From Zygophlyctis sp. KS116 (lineage: Eukaryota; Fungi; Chytridiomycota): DNA of 12,010 nt. Location: assembly GCA_054661495.1 (NCBI GenBank), contig BAAFSQ010000301.1, forward strand, positions 1 to 12,010. The letters are read 5' to 3'. A program made the position numbers and the translations under genes. The notes under the pieces were generated by a model. The model was not told where the DNA came from and searched no databases. It was given only the letters and a program-made list of their open reading frames with translations. Positions 1 to 12,010 of this stretch are shown here, in pieces. Each line of letters starts with the position of its first letter. The stretch's first letter is position 1.

Positions 1-90
1 TTGGAAGATGGCCGCACTCTCTCTGATTACAATATCCAAAAGGAATCTACTCTCCACTTGGTCTTGCGTCTACGTGGAGGTTTTAAATGA
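1..90 (+). CDS. UBI4: Ubiquitin, 3' end (probably the last repeat of polyubiquitin), partial at window edge
   Basis: Frame 1 translates LEDGRTLSDYNIQKESTLHLVLRLRGG-FK-stop, the ubiquitin C-terminus plus a 2-aa tail. A short tail is typical of the final polyubiquitin unit, and no ribosomal-protein fusion follows. The symbol is inferred because upstream repeats lie outside the window. Confidence 0.9.
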   Translation: MEDGRTLSDYNIQKESTLHLVLRLRGGFK

Positions 91-114
91 GATGGATTTA
101 CAATTGTGTAGCAA

Positions 115-120
115 AATAAA
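115..120 (+). terminator. Candidate polyadenylation signal AATAAA of the ubiquitin gene
   Basis: AATAAA begins 25 nt after the ubiquitin stop, in the 59-nt spacer. The AT-rich background weakens this. Confidence 0.35.
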
Positions 121-149
121 ATGTGAACCTTGACCTTGGAATTTTTTGA

Positions 150-2173
150 ATGTGGAGCAAGCGATTATCCTTTCTTAAACCAGTCATTTCTGTATCAGTC
201 CTTTCTTTGGCGTACTTTAATCTTCCTGATCATTTCAAATTATCTAAAGCTATTTTTGCAGAGAATGAAGCTACAAGAAAGAAAAGCAACCGATCGGAAA
301 TGATCAGCCGTTTGAAGGGAAGTGCACCCGACTCTGAGTTCGACTTACTGATAGTGGGAGGTGGAGCTACTGGAGTCGGTTGTGCTCTCGATGCAGCATC
401 AAGAGGGCTCAAGGTAGCATTGGTAGAGCGTGATGATTTTTCTAGCGGTATCTAATCATTTATCAACTCTAGGAACATCATCGAAATCGACCAAACTAGT
501 TCACGGTGGAATTCGCTATTTAGAAAAGGCGTTTTTAGAAATGGACATAGATCAGTACAATCTAGTTCGAGAGGCACTGCATGAAAGAGGCGTCTTTCTG
601 AATATTGCTCCGTATCTTTCAAAAGAGCTCCCGATTATGCTTCCAATCTACCAGTAATTTGTTTACAAATAATTTTAGAGGTTGGAAGGTCCCTTATTAC
701 TGGCTTGGAGCTGTGGCGTACGATATAATAGCAGGAAAGAATGGACTATCTCGAAGTTACTATCTGAGTAGAAAGAAGGCTTTGGAGGCCTTTCCTACGC
801 TTAAAAAAGACAGTCTTAAAGGGGCAATTGTATATTTTGATGGTATAAATCTTGATAATCATCTAATTAATATTAGGTGTTCACAACGATTCAAGGATGA
901 ATGTAGCGATTGCATTAAGTGCAATCGATAATGGGGCTGTAGTAGCAAATCATGTTGAAGTAGTTGATTTATTGAAGAAAGAAGCTGGGGGCAAGACTGA
1001 AATTTGTGGAGCCGTTCTCAAGGACGAATTTACTGGCGAGCATTGGAAAATTTATGCAAAGGTTGTTCACCTTTATTTATATTAGGGTGTAATTAATGCT
1101 ACTGGACCGTTTTGTGACGGATTAAGAAAATTGGATGGAGGCCAAGAAACTCAGGAAATTGTCGCACCGAGCGCTGGTGTTCATATAGTACTTCCCAGCT
1201 TTTATTGTCCGCCAAATTTAGGTTTAGTCGACCCCAATACAAGTGATGGGAGAGTTATATTTTTGCTTCCATGGCAAGGAAGCGTGATTGCGGGAACCAC
1301 TGGTAAATATTTCTCAAAAATCTGATTCTAAGATTCACTTTCTCCAGTTGTAAAAGAACCTTTGCCTAGCAAAGAAGATATATCCTGGATTTTAAAAGAA
1401 GTAGGAAACTATATTGGTCCTGGTAAGACATTTCTGGTGATAATTTAGATATTCAAATTAGACCTGAAGATATATTAGCTGCATGGTCAGGTATTAGGCC
1501 TCTTGTCAGAGATCCTTCTGCTAAAGATACTGCTGCATTGGTTAGAAGTCATATGGTGAATGTGAGTCCATCTGGATTACTAACAATTTCTGGAGGTAAA
1601 TGGACAACATATAGGGCCATGGCGCAAGATGCAATTGACAAAGCTGTCGAAATTTTTAGTATTTATTTGAAATTTAAAATGTTAAGATTTGAAACCATCA
1701 GGACCTTGTGTCACAGAAAATTTATTGTTGGTTGGCTCACATAATTGGAACGAAAATTTAGAAATTAAGCTCTGTCAACAATTCGGGCTCGAGATTGACG
1801 TGGCTCATCATTTATCAGAAAATTATGGTGATCGCTCTTTAGCGGTAGCATCTCTTGCAACTCTTGCTGGACGAAAATGGCCATTAGGAAAACGGCTCGC
1901 TCTCGGATATCCATTTATTGAAGCAGAAGTTCGTTATGCATGCCGACAAGAGTATGCATGTACTGCTGTTGTAATTTATTATTATGCTCATGTTAGGACT
2001 TAATTGCGCGAAGAATTCGATTGGCATTCCTGAACTCTCAGTTGGCCTTTGAATGCTTGCCTAGAGTGATAGAAATTATGTCTTCAGAGCTGGGATGGAA
2101 TGAAGATCGTCAGACCCAAGAATTTATTAATGCTGTCTCATTTTTGAAGTCTATGGGCTTGTCCCAGGAGTAG
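150..2173 (+). CDS. GUT2: Mitochondrial FAD-dependent glycerol-3-phosphate dehydrogenase, 601 aa, 9 exons
   Basis: Motifs DLLIVGGGATGVG, DDFSSGTSSKSTKLVHGGIRYLE, INATGP, PWQGSVIAGTTD, AWSGIRP, SGGKWTTYR and DLIARRIRLAFL, plus a basic N-terminal presequence-like start. Introns: 448-472, 654-678, 843-876, 1062-1085, 1303-1332, 1423-1448, 1659-1686, 1971-1996. Spliced length 1806 nt; ends FLKSMGLSQE-stop. Confidence 0.95.
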
Positions 2174-2186
2174 GATTAATCTATAT

Positions 2187-3745
2187 ATGTCACATAAAAT
2201 GAATATTTGGTGAGAATGTGAGTTTTAAAAATTGTAGCATGGTATCAGACTTCTTTTATCCAAACTGTGGAGGAGTTGAGGTTTTTTGCGTCTGTACTGA
2301 TCATAGTCCCACATATATCAATTATCTCAGCGATTAGTTCAATTGGGCCATAAAGTAATTATGAATACAGTCTGATAAAAGATCATTGTCATTACACATG
2401 CATACAAATCTCGACAAGGAGTTAGATATCTCAGTTCAGGGTACTAAAGGCTTGATGACAATAGGATCAAGGTGTACTATGTGCCGCATTGGCTGGTTGT
2501 AGATCAGGTTTCTCTACCGACAATATTTGGATTCTTTCCGATATTTAGGAACATCATACTCAGGGAGGAGATTGAAATTGTTCATGGGTGCGTCGTGATT
2601 GACTAATGAAAAAGACATCAAGCATTTTCTTCAATGGCTCATGAGTCGGTATTATTACTTTTTTGGATAAAATTAGATTTTGTATGCGAAAACAATGGGT
2701 TTAAAGGCGGTTTTTACCGATCATTCTTTATTTGGATTTGAAGATACAGGATCAATACTCACCAACAAGCTGCTGAAATTTACGCTTTCGGACGCTGACC
2801 ATGTTATTTGCGTATCTCATACTAGCAAAGAGAATACAGTACTTCGAGGAGCACTTGATCCTACAGAGGTCTCTGTAATTCCTAATGCAGTAGTTGCATC
2901 AGAATTTTCGCCTGATTTATCTGCAAGAAAAGATTCTAGTAAATATTTTATTCTTAGATTTAGTTCATATCATTGTCGCTAGTAGATTGGTGTATCGAAA
3001 AGGTATTGACCTTCTCGTATCGGTTATTCCTAGAGTCTGCGAACTATTTCCAAGCGTAAATTTTATAATTGGTAACTTTTATATTTTGTAAAGAAAGTTG
3101 GAGATGGACCTAAAAGAATAGATATTGAACAAATGCGAGAGAGACACGTTTTGCAGGAAAGAGTAAAAATGCTAGGATCACTCAAGCATTCTGACATGAG
3201 AAATGTATTTTTTTAAAAATTCATTCTAGGCACTTGTACAGGGGCACATATTTTTAAATACATCCTTGACAGAGGCTTTTTGCATTGCTATTGTTGAAGC
3301 AGCATCATGTGGCTTGTTAGTTGTCAGTACAAAAGTAGGAGGAATCCCAGAAGTTTTACCTAGAGAAATGATTATATTTTCTAATCCTGATGAAGATGGT
3401 AACTTTTAAATTTAATTTGTAGATCTTCTGTCTTCAATTGCAATCGCTATTGAAAAAATTGAATTAAATCTCGTAAATCCTCTAGAGTTTCACGAAACTG
3501 TAAAATCTTGTTATTCATGGACAAAAGTGGCATCAAGAACAGAAAAAGTATATAAATCAATTCTGAAGAAGCCCTGTAGCAATCTTGCGCAACGTTTTAT
3601 TAAATACCACGGATGCGGGATTATATCTGGAAAGATATCATGTGTAATTATTGCCATGGTTCAAGTATTCTTGTACATTTTAGATTTTTGGTTTCCAGAA
3701 AACTCAATTGTTGGCGCCCTTGAATTTCAAATTAGAAATAATTAA
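2187..3745 (+). CDS. SPT14: GPI-GlcNAc transferase catalytic subunit (PIG-A/Gpi3/Spt14), 432 aa, 11 exons
   Basis: Spliced motifs [93 protein letters not shown], and a C-terminal hydrophobic helix. Introns: 2210-2237, 2281-2306, 2355-2381, 2441-2464, 2588-2614, 2649-2676, 2939-2963, 3072-3097, 3205-3229, 3399-3422. Spliced length 1299 nt. Confidence 0.95.
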
Positions 3746-3751
3746 ATTTTA

Positions 3752-4648
3752 ATGGAAAATAAGATAAAATCCTGGCAAAATGCACTGAGCGGATCAATTG
3801 CAGGTCTTTTGACTAGATCTCTAATTGCGCCTTTAGACGTTATAAAGATCCGGTATCTAACTATTTTAATTCTAGACAGCAACTAGAGCCCACTCATGGA
3901 TCAAAGTATGATGGTATAATAAAATCCATATCTTGTATTCTAAGAGAAGAAGGACTCAAAGGCTTTTGGAAGGGGAACTTGCCTGCATCTTATCTGTATT
4001 TAAGTTATGGTGGCATACAGTTTTTTGTATATTATGATCTAGATCCCAGTTGGAAAAATAAGTTTCTCTTGGGAGGTAAGAGAATTATAGTTTATTTTAG
4101 CATTCTCATCTGGAATTGCCACCACTATCACTTATCCTTTGGATCTTGTACGCACGAGATTTGCTGTTTTAAACTCTAATGATTGTATATATAAGGGATT
4201 TTTGCAATCTGTTCATATTATATACAAGTCAGAAGGCATTAGAGGATTTTATAGAGGATTACTACCATCTCTTTTTACAGTTATGCCATCCATGGGACTT
4301 TTATTTCAAACTCATTCGTATCTCTTGGAGTCTTTTGAGTCCCTACAACTTTCATCTTTTAAATTTACAGCTGGATTTCTGTCTGGAATTTTTACTAAAT
4401 CTTTACTGTATCCTTTTGATACTATAAGAAAAAGACTTCAAATTCAAGGGCCTCATAGAAACAGATTCTTGATTGAAAATTTACCAAAATACTCTTCATC
4501 TTTTGGAGTATTAAGTCAAATGATTGCACATGAAGGGGTTTTATCCCTATACAAGGGGATATTTCCGTCATTATTAAAGACTGGATTCTCTTCTGGGATC
4601 ACGTTTTTCCTCGTGGACTATTTTAGACAGATTGCAGCAGAGTCGTAA
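3752..4648 (+). CDS. TPC1: Mitochondrial carrier (SLC25), thiamine pyrophosphate carrier-like, 282 aa, 3 exons
   Basis: Three Px[DE]xx[KR]xR motifs (APLDVIKIR, YPLDLVRTRFA, YPFDTIRKRLQIQG). FWKGNLPASYLYLSYGGIQF resembles Tpc1/SLC25A19. Introns 3853-3875 and 4076-4100; spliced length 849 nt. The family is secure; substrate assignment is less so. Confidence 0.85.
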
Positions 4649-4727
4649 AGTTGCAAATTCCAGGATTACTGTATTTAAAACTCGAAAAATTCTTGAAAAA
4701 TTGAAATTCTTCGCGTTTTGAGATATA

Positions 4728-6326
4728 ATGGATGAACTGGAGCATCAAAACACATTTTTGAAGGAACAGGTTAGTTTGTAAGTTAATAGGTAGGTAGAAC
4801 AACTCAAACTTGAGCTGCAAGAATCTAGTGAGGCTGCAAATCAATTATTAGCAGACAAAATGCAAACCGCTGCAGCAATTATCAAGTCTCAAAAATCAGA
4901 ATTCTCTCTGCTAGTCACTCAACTAGAGGAAAAAGATGATTTAATTCAAAAATTACAAATGGAACATGTTCCCTTGGATGAAAATCTATTAAAATCTTTA
5001 AAGGAAATAATTCCAGACAATACAATTCCAGATCTATGGGAAGTAAATTCTCTAAATGTAGTAGATAATTTAATGCAAAAATACTCTAGTACTTATCATC
5101 AAGTTCAGGAACAGATTCATTTTTTGAAAGTTTCTTCTGATGGATTCAACTATGAACGACAAGTTTTGGAAAAGGAAAATCACGCATTGTCTCAAGAAAA
5201 TGAAAAACTAAACGAGGAAATTGGGAAATTACAAGACGCTTTGAATCAAGTTAAGAGTGTAGCGGGTGATAAGTTGAAATTAGAACTAGTACAAATTGTC
5301 AAATTAATACAGATAGGCAGAGAAGGAAAAGCTGTTTTTGGAAATTGAGGATTTAAAGGAAAAAGAAACTAGATATTTAGAGAAAATATCAAATCTAGAA
5401 AATAATTTAAGAGAAAAAGAACAGAATACACAATTCGAGGAAGAAATACAAGGCTCAAACAAATTAAATGAGAAATTGAAGAGGGAAATTGAACGCTTAC
5501 AAGGTCATTTGTTAGAAGTGGAGTCTAATCATAATCAGGACATTATTGGTCTGGAGACTACGGTTTCTAGCTTAAAAGAGGAAATATCAGAGGCCAATAG
5601 AGAACAAAAGACCTGGGAAGAGGCTGTTCAAGCTGAGAAATTTGCAAAAAAAGAAATTCAAGAGTCTTTGAATCAATTGAATTTAGAAATTTCTAAATTA
5701 GCTAATGAAAATGAAAAGCTTAAAATAAAGGCTAAAGACGATTTACAATGTATAAACAATCTTCAAATGGTTCTAAATGAATTTGAATCTGGTAATTTTA
5801 ATATAATTTGATAATAGCCCGTGATTCTGAAATTAAGATTTCATTATCTCAAACTCTAGAAAAACTAGAGTCTTCTCTTGCTCAAAATCAAAAACTTGAA
5901 AGTCGCGCCGTGGAAGCAGAGTTAAAACTTTTAAAATATGAATCTGAAGCGACAGATTCAACTCAACTCTTGTCTCAAGTTTCAACTAAAGATTCAGAAA
6001 TCCAAAAACTGAAACATGATATTGCTAATCTACAATCACATCTCTCGGAAGCTATGCGAAGACTAAAAACAGGCCTGAATAGTGATATTGTGGACAAAAA
6101 ATTAGTTTCAAATCTCATTGTTCAATTTCTCTCTTTGCCTAGAGGAGACTCTAAAAAGTTTGAAATTTTAGATGTAATCTCTGGTATTCTTGATCTTTCT
6201 ACGTCTGATAAAGTCAAGGTTGGACTTTTAAATGACAATGTAGACTCTCCTAAAGAGTCTTCTACATTCACTGATATGTGGATATCATTTCTCTACAAGG
6301 AGGCAGGAATCCTTGATGACAGTTAA
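4728..6326 (+). CDS. RUD3: Coiled-coil cis-Golgi golgin with C-terminal GRAB domain (Rud3/GMAP-210-like), 506 aa, 4 exons
   Basis: Long E/K/L/Q-rich coiled coil followed by DIVDKKLVSNLIVQFLSLPRGDSKKFEILDVISGIL...KVGL (GRAB-like) and STFTDMWISFL. Introns 4770-4793, 5289-5316, 5792-5817; spliced length 1521 nt. Confidence 0.8.
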
Positions 6327-6344
6327 AATAACACATCAACATAC

Positions 6345-6350
6345 AATAAA
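6345..6350 (+). terminator. Candidate polyadenylation signal AATAAA after the golgin gene
   Basis: AATAAA begins 19 nt after the stop at 6326, in the 97-nt spacer. Confidence 0.35.
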
Positions 6351-6423
6351 CCCAGTATAGTAAATACTTATTGACAAGAATAGGCAAAGTTTAGGCTTTT
6401 CACTTGTGAATTTGTCTTTGAGT

Positions 6424-7007
6424 ATGAAATATCTCATTGTTTTAGACATTAATGGAACTTTATGTTGTAGAATCAAAAAGCGAGAAAGAAAACTAGTGAA
6501 TTCCAATCCTTTTGCTCCAGCATATAGCACAATGATCAATGGAGCATGGATTTATCTTCGACCTTTTCTAAAGGAATTCATAAAAGACTTGAATTTTGCA
6601 CAAGTTGGACTATGGAGCAGTATGACTGAACCAAATACCCACCTATTTCACAAAGTAGCACTACAGGGTCTGAACCCATTGTTTACTTTTGATCGATCGC
6701 ATTGTTCTAATGTCAAGGATGGAAAAAATCATGAATCTACTAAAGATTTATCAACCATTTACTCTATTTTTCCTGAATTCTCTGCTGACAATACAATCAT
6801 GATTGATGATTCAGTCGAGAAATTTGTAAATCTTGAAAATATACTACTCATTCCAGAATACTCTGTAATTGATGGGGATTCTAGTCAAGATCAAGGTATT
6901 TTATTTCTCTAAAATTAGTTTTACAAAGGCTTTCGCAGTATTTAAAAAATCTAGTTTATTCCGGATTAACCGTCCCTCAATTCTTGAAGTTAAACAAGTT
7001 TGAATGA
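6424..7007 (+). CDS. NIF/FCP1-like HAD-superfamily phosphatase-domain protein, 186 aa, 2 exons
   Basis: MKYLIVLDINGTL (HAD motif I), IYLRPFLKEFI, VGLWSS, FDRSHC, KDLSTI and NTIMIDDS (motif IV). Intron 6896-6918 extends the frame to DQVLQRLSQYL...KLNKFE-stop (TGA 7005-7007). Spliced length 561 nt. Confidence 0.8.
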
Positions 7008-8625
7008 TTTTTTTATTATTAAGTAGAGTATTTTCAGCTTTATTGAGTCCAATTCAAGACTGCGATGGTATTTTCATTGTCTAATTCATAGAAGTTTACA
7101 ACTATTGGGAGCCGACGCATTACCTTCAATACGGTTATGGAATGCAGACTTGGGAGTATTCTCCAAAATATGTAATTGGATTAAACTTTAATTATAGGCG
7201 ATTAGAAGTTGGGCATACATTTGGGTTTATTTAAGTATTTTAAAAGTCTTGGGTTATTTTGGATTGAAGAAAATTGCTCAGTTTTATGGACTACGAATTA
7301 TTATAAGCGTAACTAGTGGTCTAGTGGAATGTGCATTCGTACATGCAATTGAAAAAGCATATAATAAGTCTGTTGCTAAATATTTGAAAATTATGTTGAT
7401 TTTTTCTCCTGGAATGTTTATTGCTGCACCGGCATTTTTGCCCTCAAGTTGGGCAATGGTTTTTGTAACTTGGGCATCTCTGGCTTGGTTCAAACAAGAC
7501 TCTGCATACCAGATATTTCAGGTTGTCGGAGGTTTAGGGGTAGGTTCACTGTTGGGATGGCCATTTGCAGCTGCTTTAGGACTCCCCTTTCTAGTCAAAT
7601 GTATTTTTAATTCTAAATTCTTACAAATATTCATGGCAGCTATTTTTTCCCTTGTTATTATTATGGTATATTATTTTTGTTAATCTTAGGTTCCAATTTT
7701 CTTTGTGGATTATACATATTATGAAAAAATTACAATTGTACCTTTAAATATCCTGATATATAATTTATTTAACTCTCATGGAGGACCTTCATTGTATGGA
7801 ACTGAGCCTTGGAATTTCTACTTGAAGAATGGTTTCCTTAATTTCAATATTGGAATAATTTTTGCTTTTGCTAGTATTCCTCTTGCATTATTAAAATCAA
7901 AACGAACACCTCTGTTCCACCTGATTCATTTTTATCTATGGTTTACTATATTTTCACTTCAACCACACAAGGAAGAAAGGTTTTTCTATGTTGTATATCC
8001 GCTAATTTGCTTTAATGCAAGCATTGGACTGTTTTATGCTTCAAGGCTATTGGACACTAAATGGTGGAAATCCTTGGTGGTCCGATCATTCTTTACAATT
8101 TTCATTCTATTAGCTGTTTCAAGAATATCAGCGCTTATTATATATTATAGAGCGCCCTTGGTACTTTATCAAAATTTAAATCATGATTTGACTACAATCT
8201 CTTACTCTCGTGAAGTAAACATTTGTGTTGGTTCAGAATGGTACAGATTTCCTTCTCATTACTTCCTACCTCTTGGAAGCAGACTTCGATTTATTAAATC
8301 TGATTTTGATGGTCAATTACCCAAATATTTCAAGGAAAACATCCCACATTTTAATGGTACCCTTCACCTCAAAGACTATGGCAGAATGCTTACTTCATCA
8401 AAAAGAATGACACATACAATTCCTCTAGGAATGAATGATATGAATCATCAGGATTCTTCTTCTATTTTCTCTGGGAAGTGTGATTTTATAATCTCGTTGG
8501 AGCCTGTAGAGTTACAAAATTGTGTTAGGTTCCTGGTTGGAAGTTCTAACCCTGGAGTCGGCAAGTCTTTTTTCTACTCTTTGAAAGGATTAAATTGGAG
8601 CTTTTATTGTTACCAAAAATTGTGA
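7004..8625 (+). CDS. ALG9: Dol-P-Man alpha-1,2-mannosyltransferase (GT22), 515 aa, 4 exons
   Basis: Spliced motifs IQDCDEVYNYWEP, QTWEYSPKYAIRSWAY, AFLPSS, GWPF, LYGTEPW, QPHKEERF, CVGSEWYRFPSHYFLP and FDGQLPKYF. Introns 7068-7091, 7172-7197, 7666-7689; spliced length 1548 nt. An in-frame TGA (7001-7003) sits immediately before the ATG. Confidence 0.93.
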
Positions 8626-8626
8626 A

Positions 8627-11391
<2,765 letters not shown>

Positions 11392-11452
11392 CATCTACGC
11401 CCGGTGAATTTATACGTTCTTTTTCAATCTATGTAAACTTCAATGTATCATA

Positions 11453-11458
11453 AATAAA
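11453..11458 (+). terminator. Candidate polyadenylation signal AATAAA after PKC1
   Basis: AATAAA begins 62 nt after the PKC1 stop. Confidence 0.3.
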
Positions 11459-11522
11459 AATAATATCATCTTGATTCAATATCCCTTGTGCCGAAGATAG
11501 ATTCATCATGTATGAGAAAGGT

Positions 11523-11556
11523 CACAATAATAATAAAGATCATAATAATAGTAAAG
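11523..11556. repeat. Short imperfect tandem duplication, 18-nt period
   Basis: CACAATAATAATAAAG (11523-11538) and CATAATAATAGTAAAG (11541-11556). Confidence 0.5.
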
Positions 11557-11880
11557 CAGGCTTGTCTCTTATTTATCACCTTAACTTTTGACGTATACGT
11601 TTGTTGTTCGCATTAAAACTTTTTGTTCGTCAGTAGGAGAAATATCATCACAAATGATATACATTAATACTTAAAAACGTGCTATTACGAGGCGTTTAAG
11701 ACTATCTGTGGTCAATTACTCAGGCCCATCCAGCAGAGTGAGAAGATCAACAAATATAAGAAGATACAAATCAGGAATCTCCACATGCACTACAATCTAC
11801 AGAAGAGTTATACCCATAACAAGACTACACCTATCCTGAATTTGAAGTAGACAATCTGCATCAGGATTCGGCTGCAAGAC

Positions 11881-11906
11881 AAAAGAATCAATTGAAAAAG
11901 AATCAA
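11881..11906. repeat. Short direct repeat, 15-nt period
   Basis: AAAAGAATCAA at 11881-11891 and 11896-11906. Confidence 0.45.
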
Positions 11907-12010
11907 ATGCCTGGAAAGAGAATGTATATTTTATAATTGACGAATATATTCATTTCGCTTGAAATATTCTCTATAAACTGATTTAGAGTTATTTGATGCA
12001 AAATTAATCA

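Noticed and set aside
80-111. Possible GT-AG intron after ubiquitin (ribosomal-protein fusion)
   Set aside because: Splicing would destroy the C-terminal GG (giving RGAK-stop), and no L40 or S27a sequence follows.
2100-2173. GUT2 lacks a C-terminal EF-hand extension
   Set aside because: EF-hand-less forms such as yeast Gut2 are normal in fungi.
6406-6423. GTG start for the HAD gene as given in the ORF track
   Set aside because: This is a eukaryotic gene; ATG 6424 directly precedes the HAD motif I strand.
2187-8625. Functional glycosylation cluster (GPI3 and ALG9)
   Set aside because: The two genes act in different pathways and are separated by three unrelated genes; there is no coherent pathway across the array.

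Overview
AT-rich eukaryotic nuclear DNA, most likely from an early-diverging fungus (chytrid- or rozellid-like; inferred from the fungal-type Pkc1 and Rud3 and the gene compaction). The fragmented ORF track is explained by about 40 very short GT-AG introns (23-34 nt, mean about 26). After manual splicing, 1-11391 holds eight genes, all on the + strand: ubiquitin 3' end, GUT2, GPI3/SPT14 (PIG-A), TPC1-like mitochondrial carrier, RUD3-like GRAB golgin, an NIF/FCP1-like HAD protein, ALG9 and PKC1. All seven complete models splice to open frames. The most striking feature is operon-like packing, with stop-to-start gaps of 59, 13, 6, 79, 97, -4 (ATGA overlap) and probably 1 nt. This suggests polycistronic or overlapping transcription units (GUT2-GPI3-TPC1 and HAD-ALG9-PKC1). 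The last ~620 nt have no recognisable gene.
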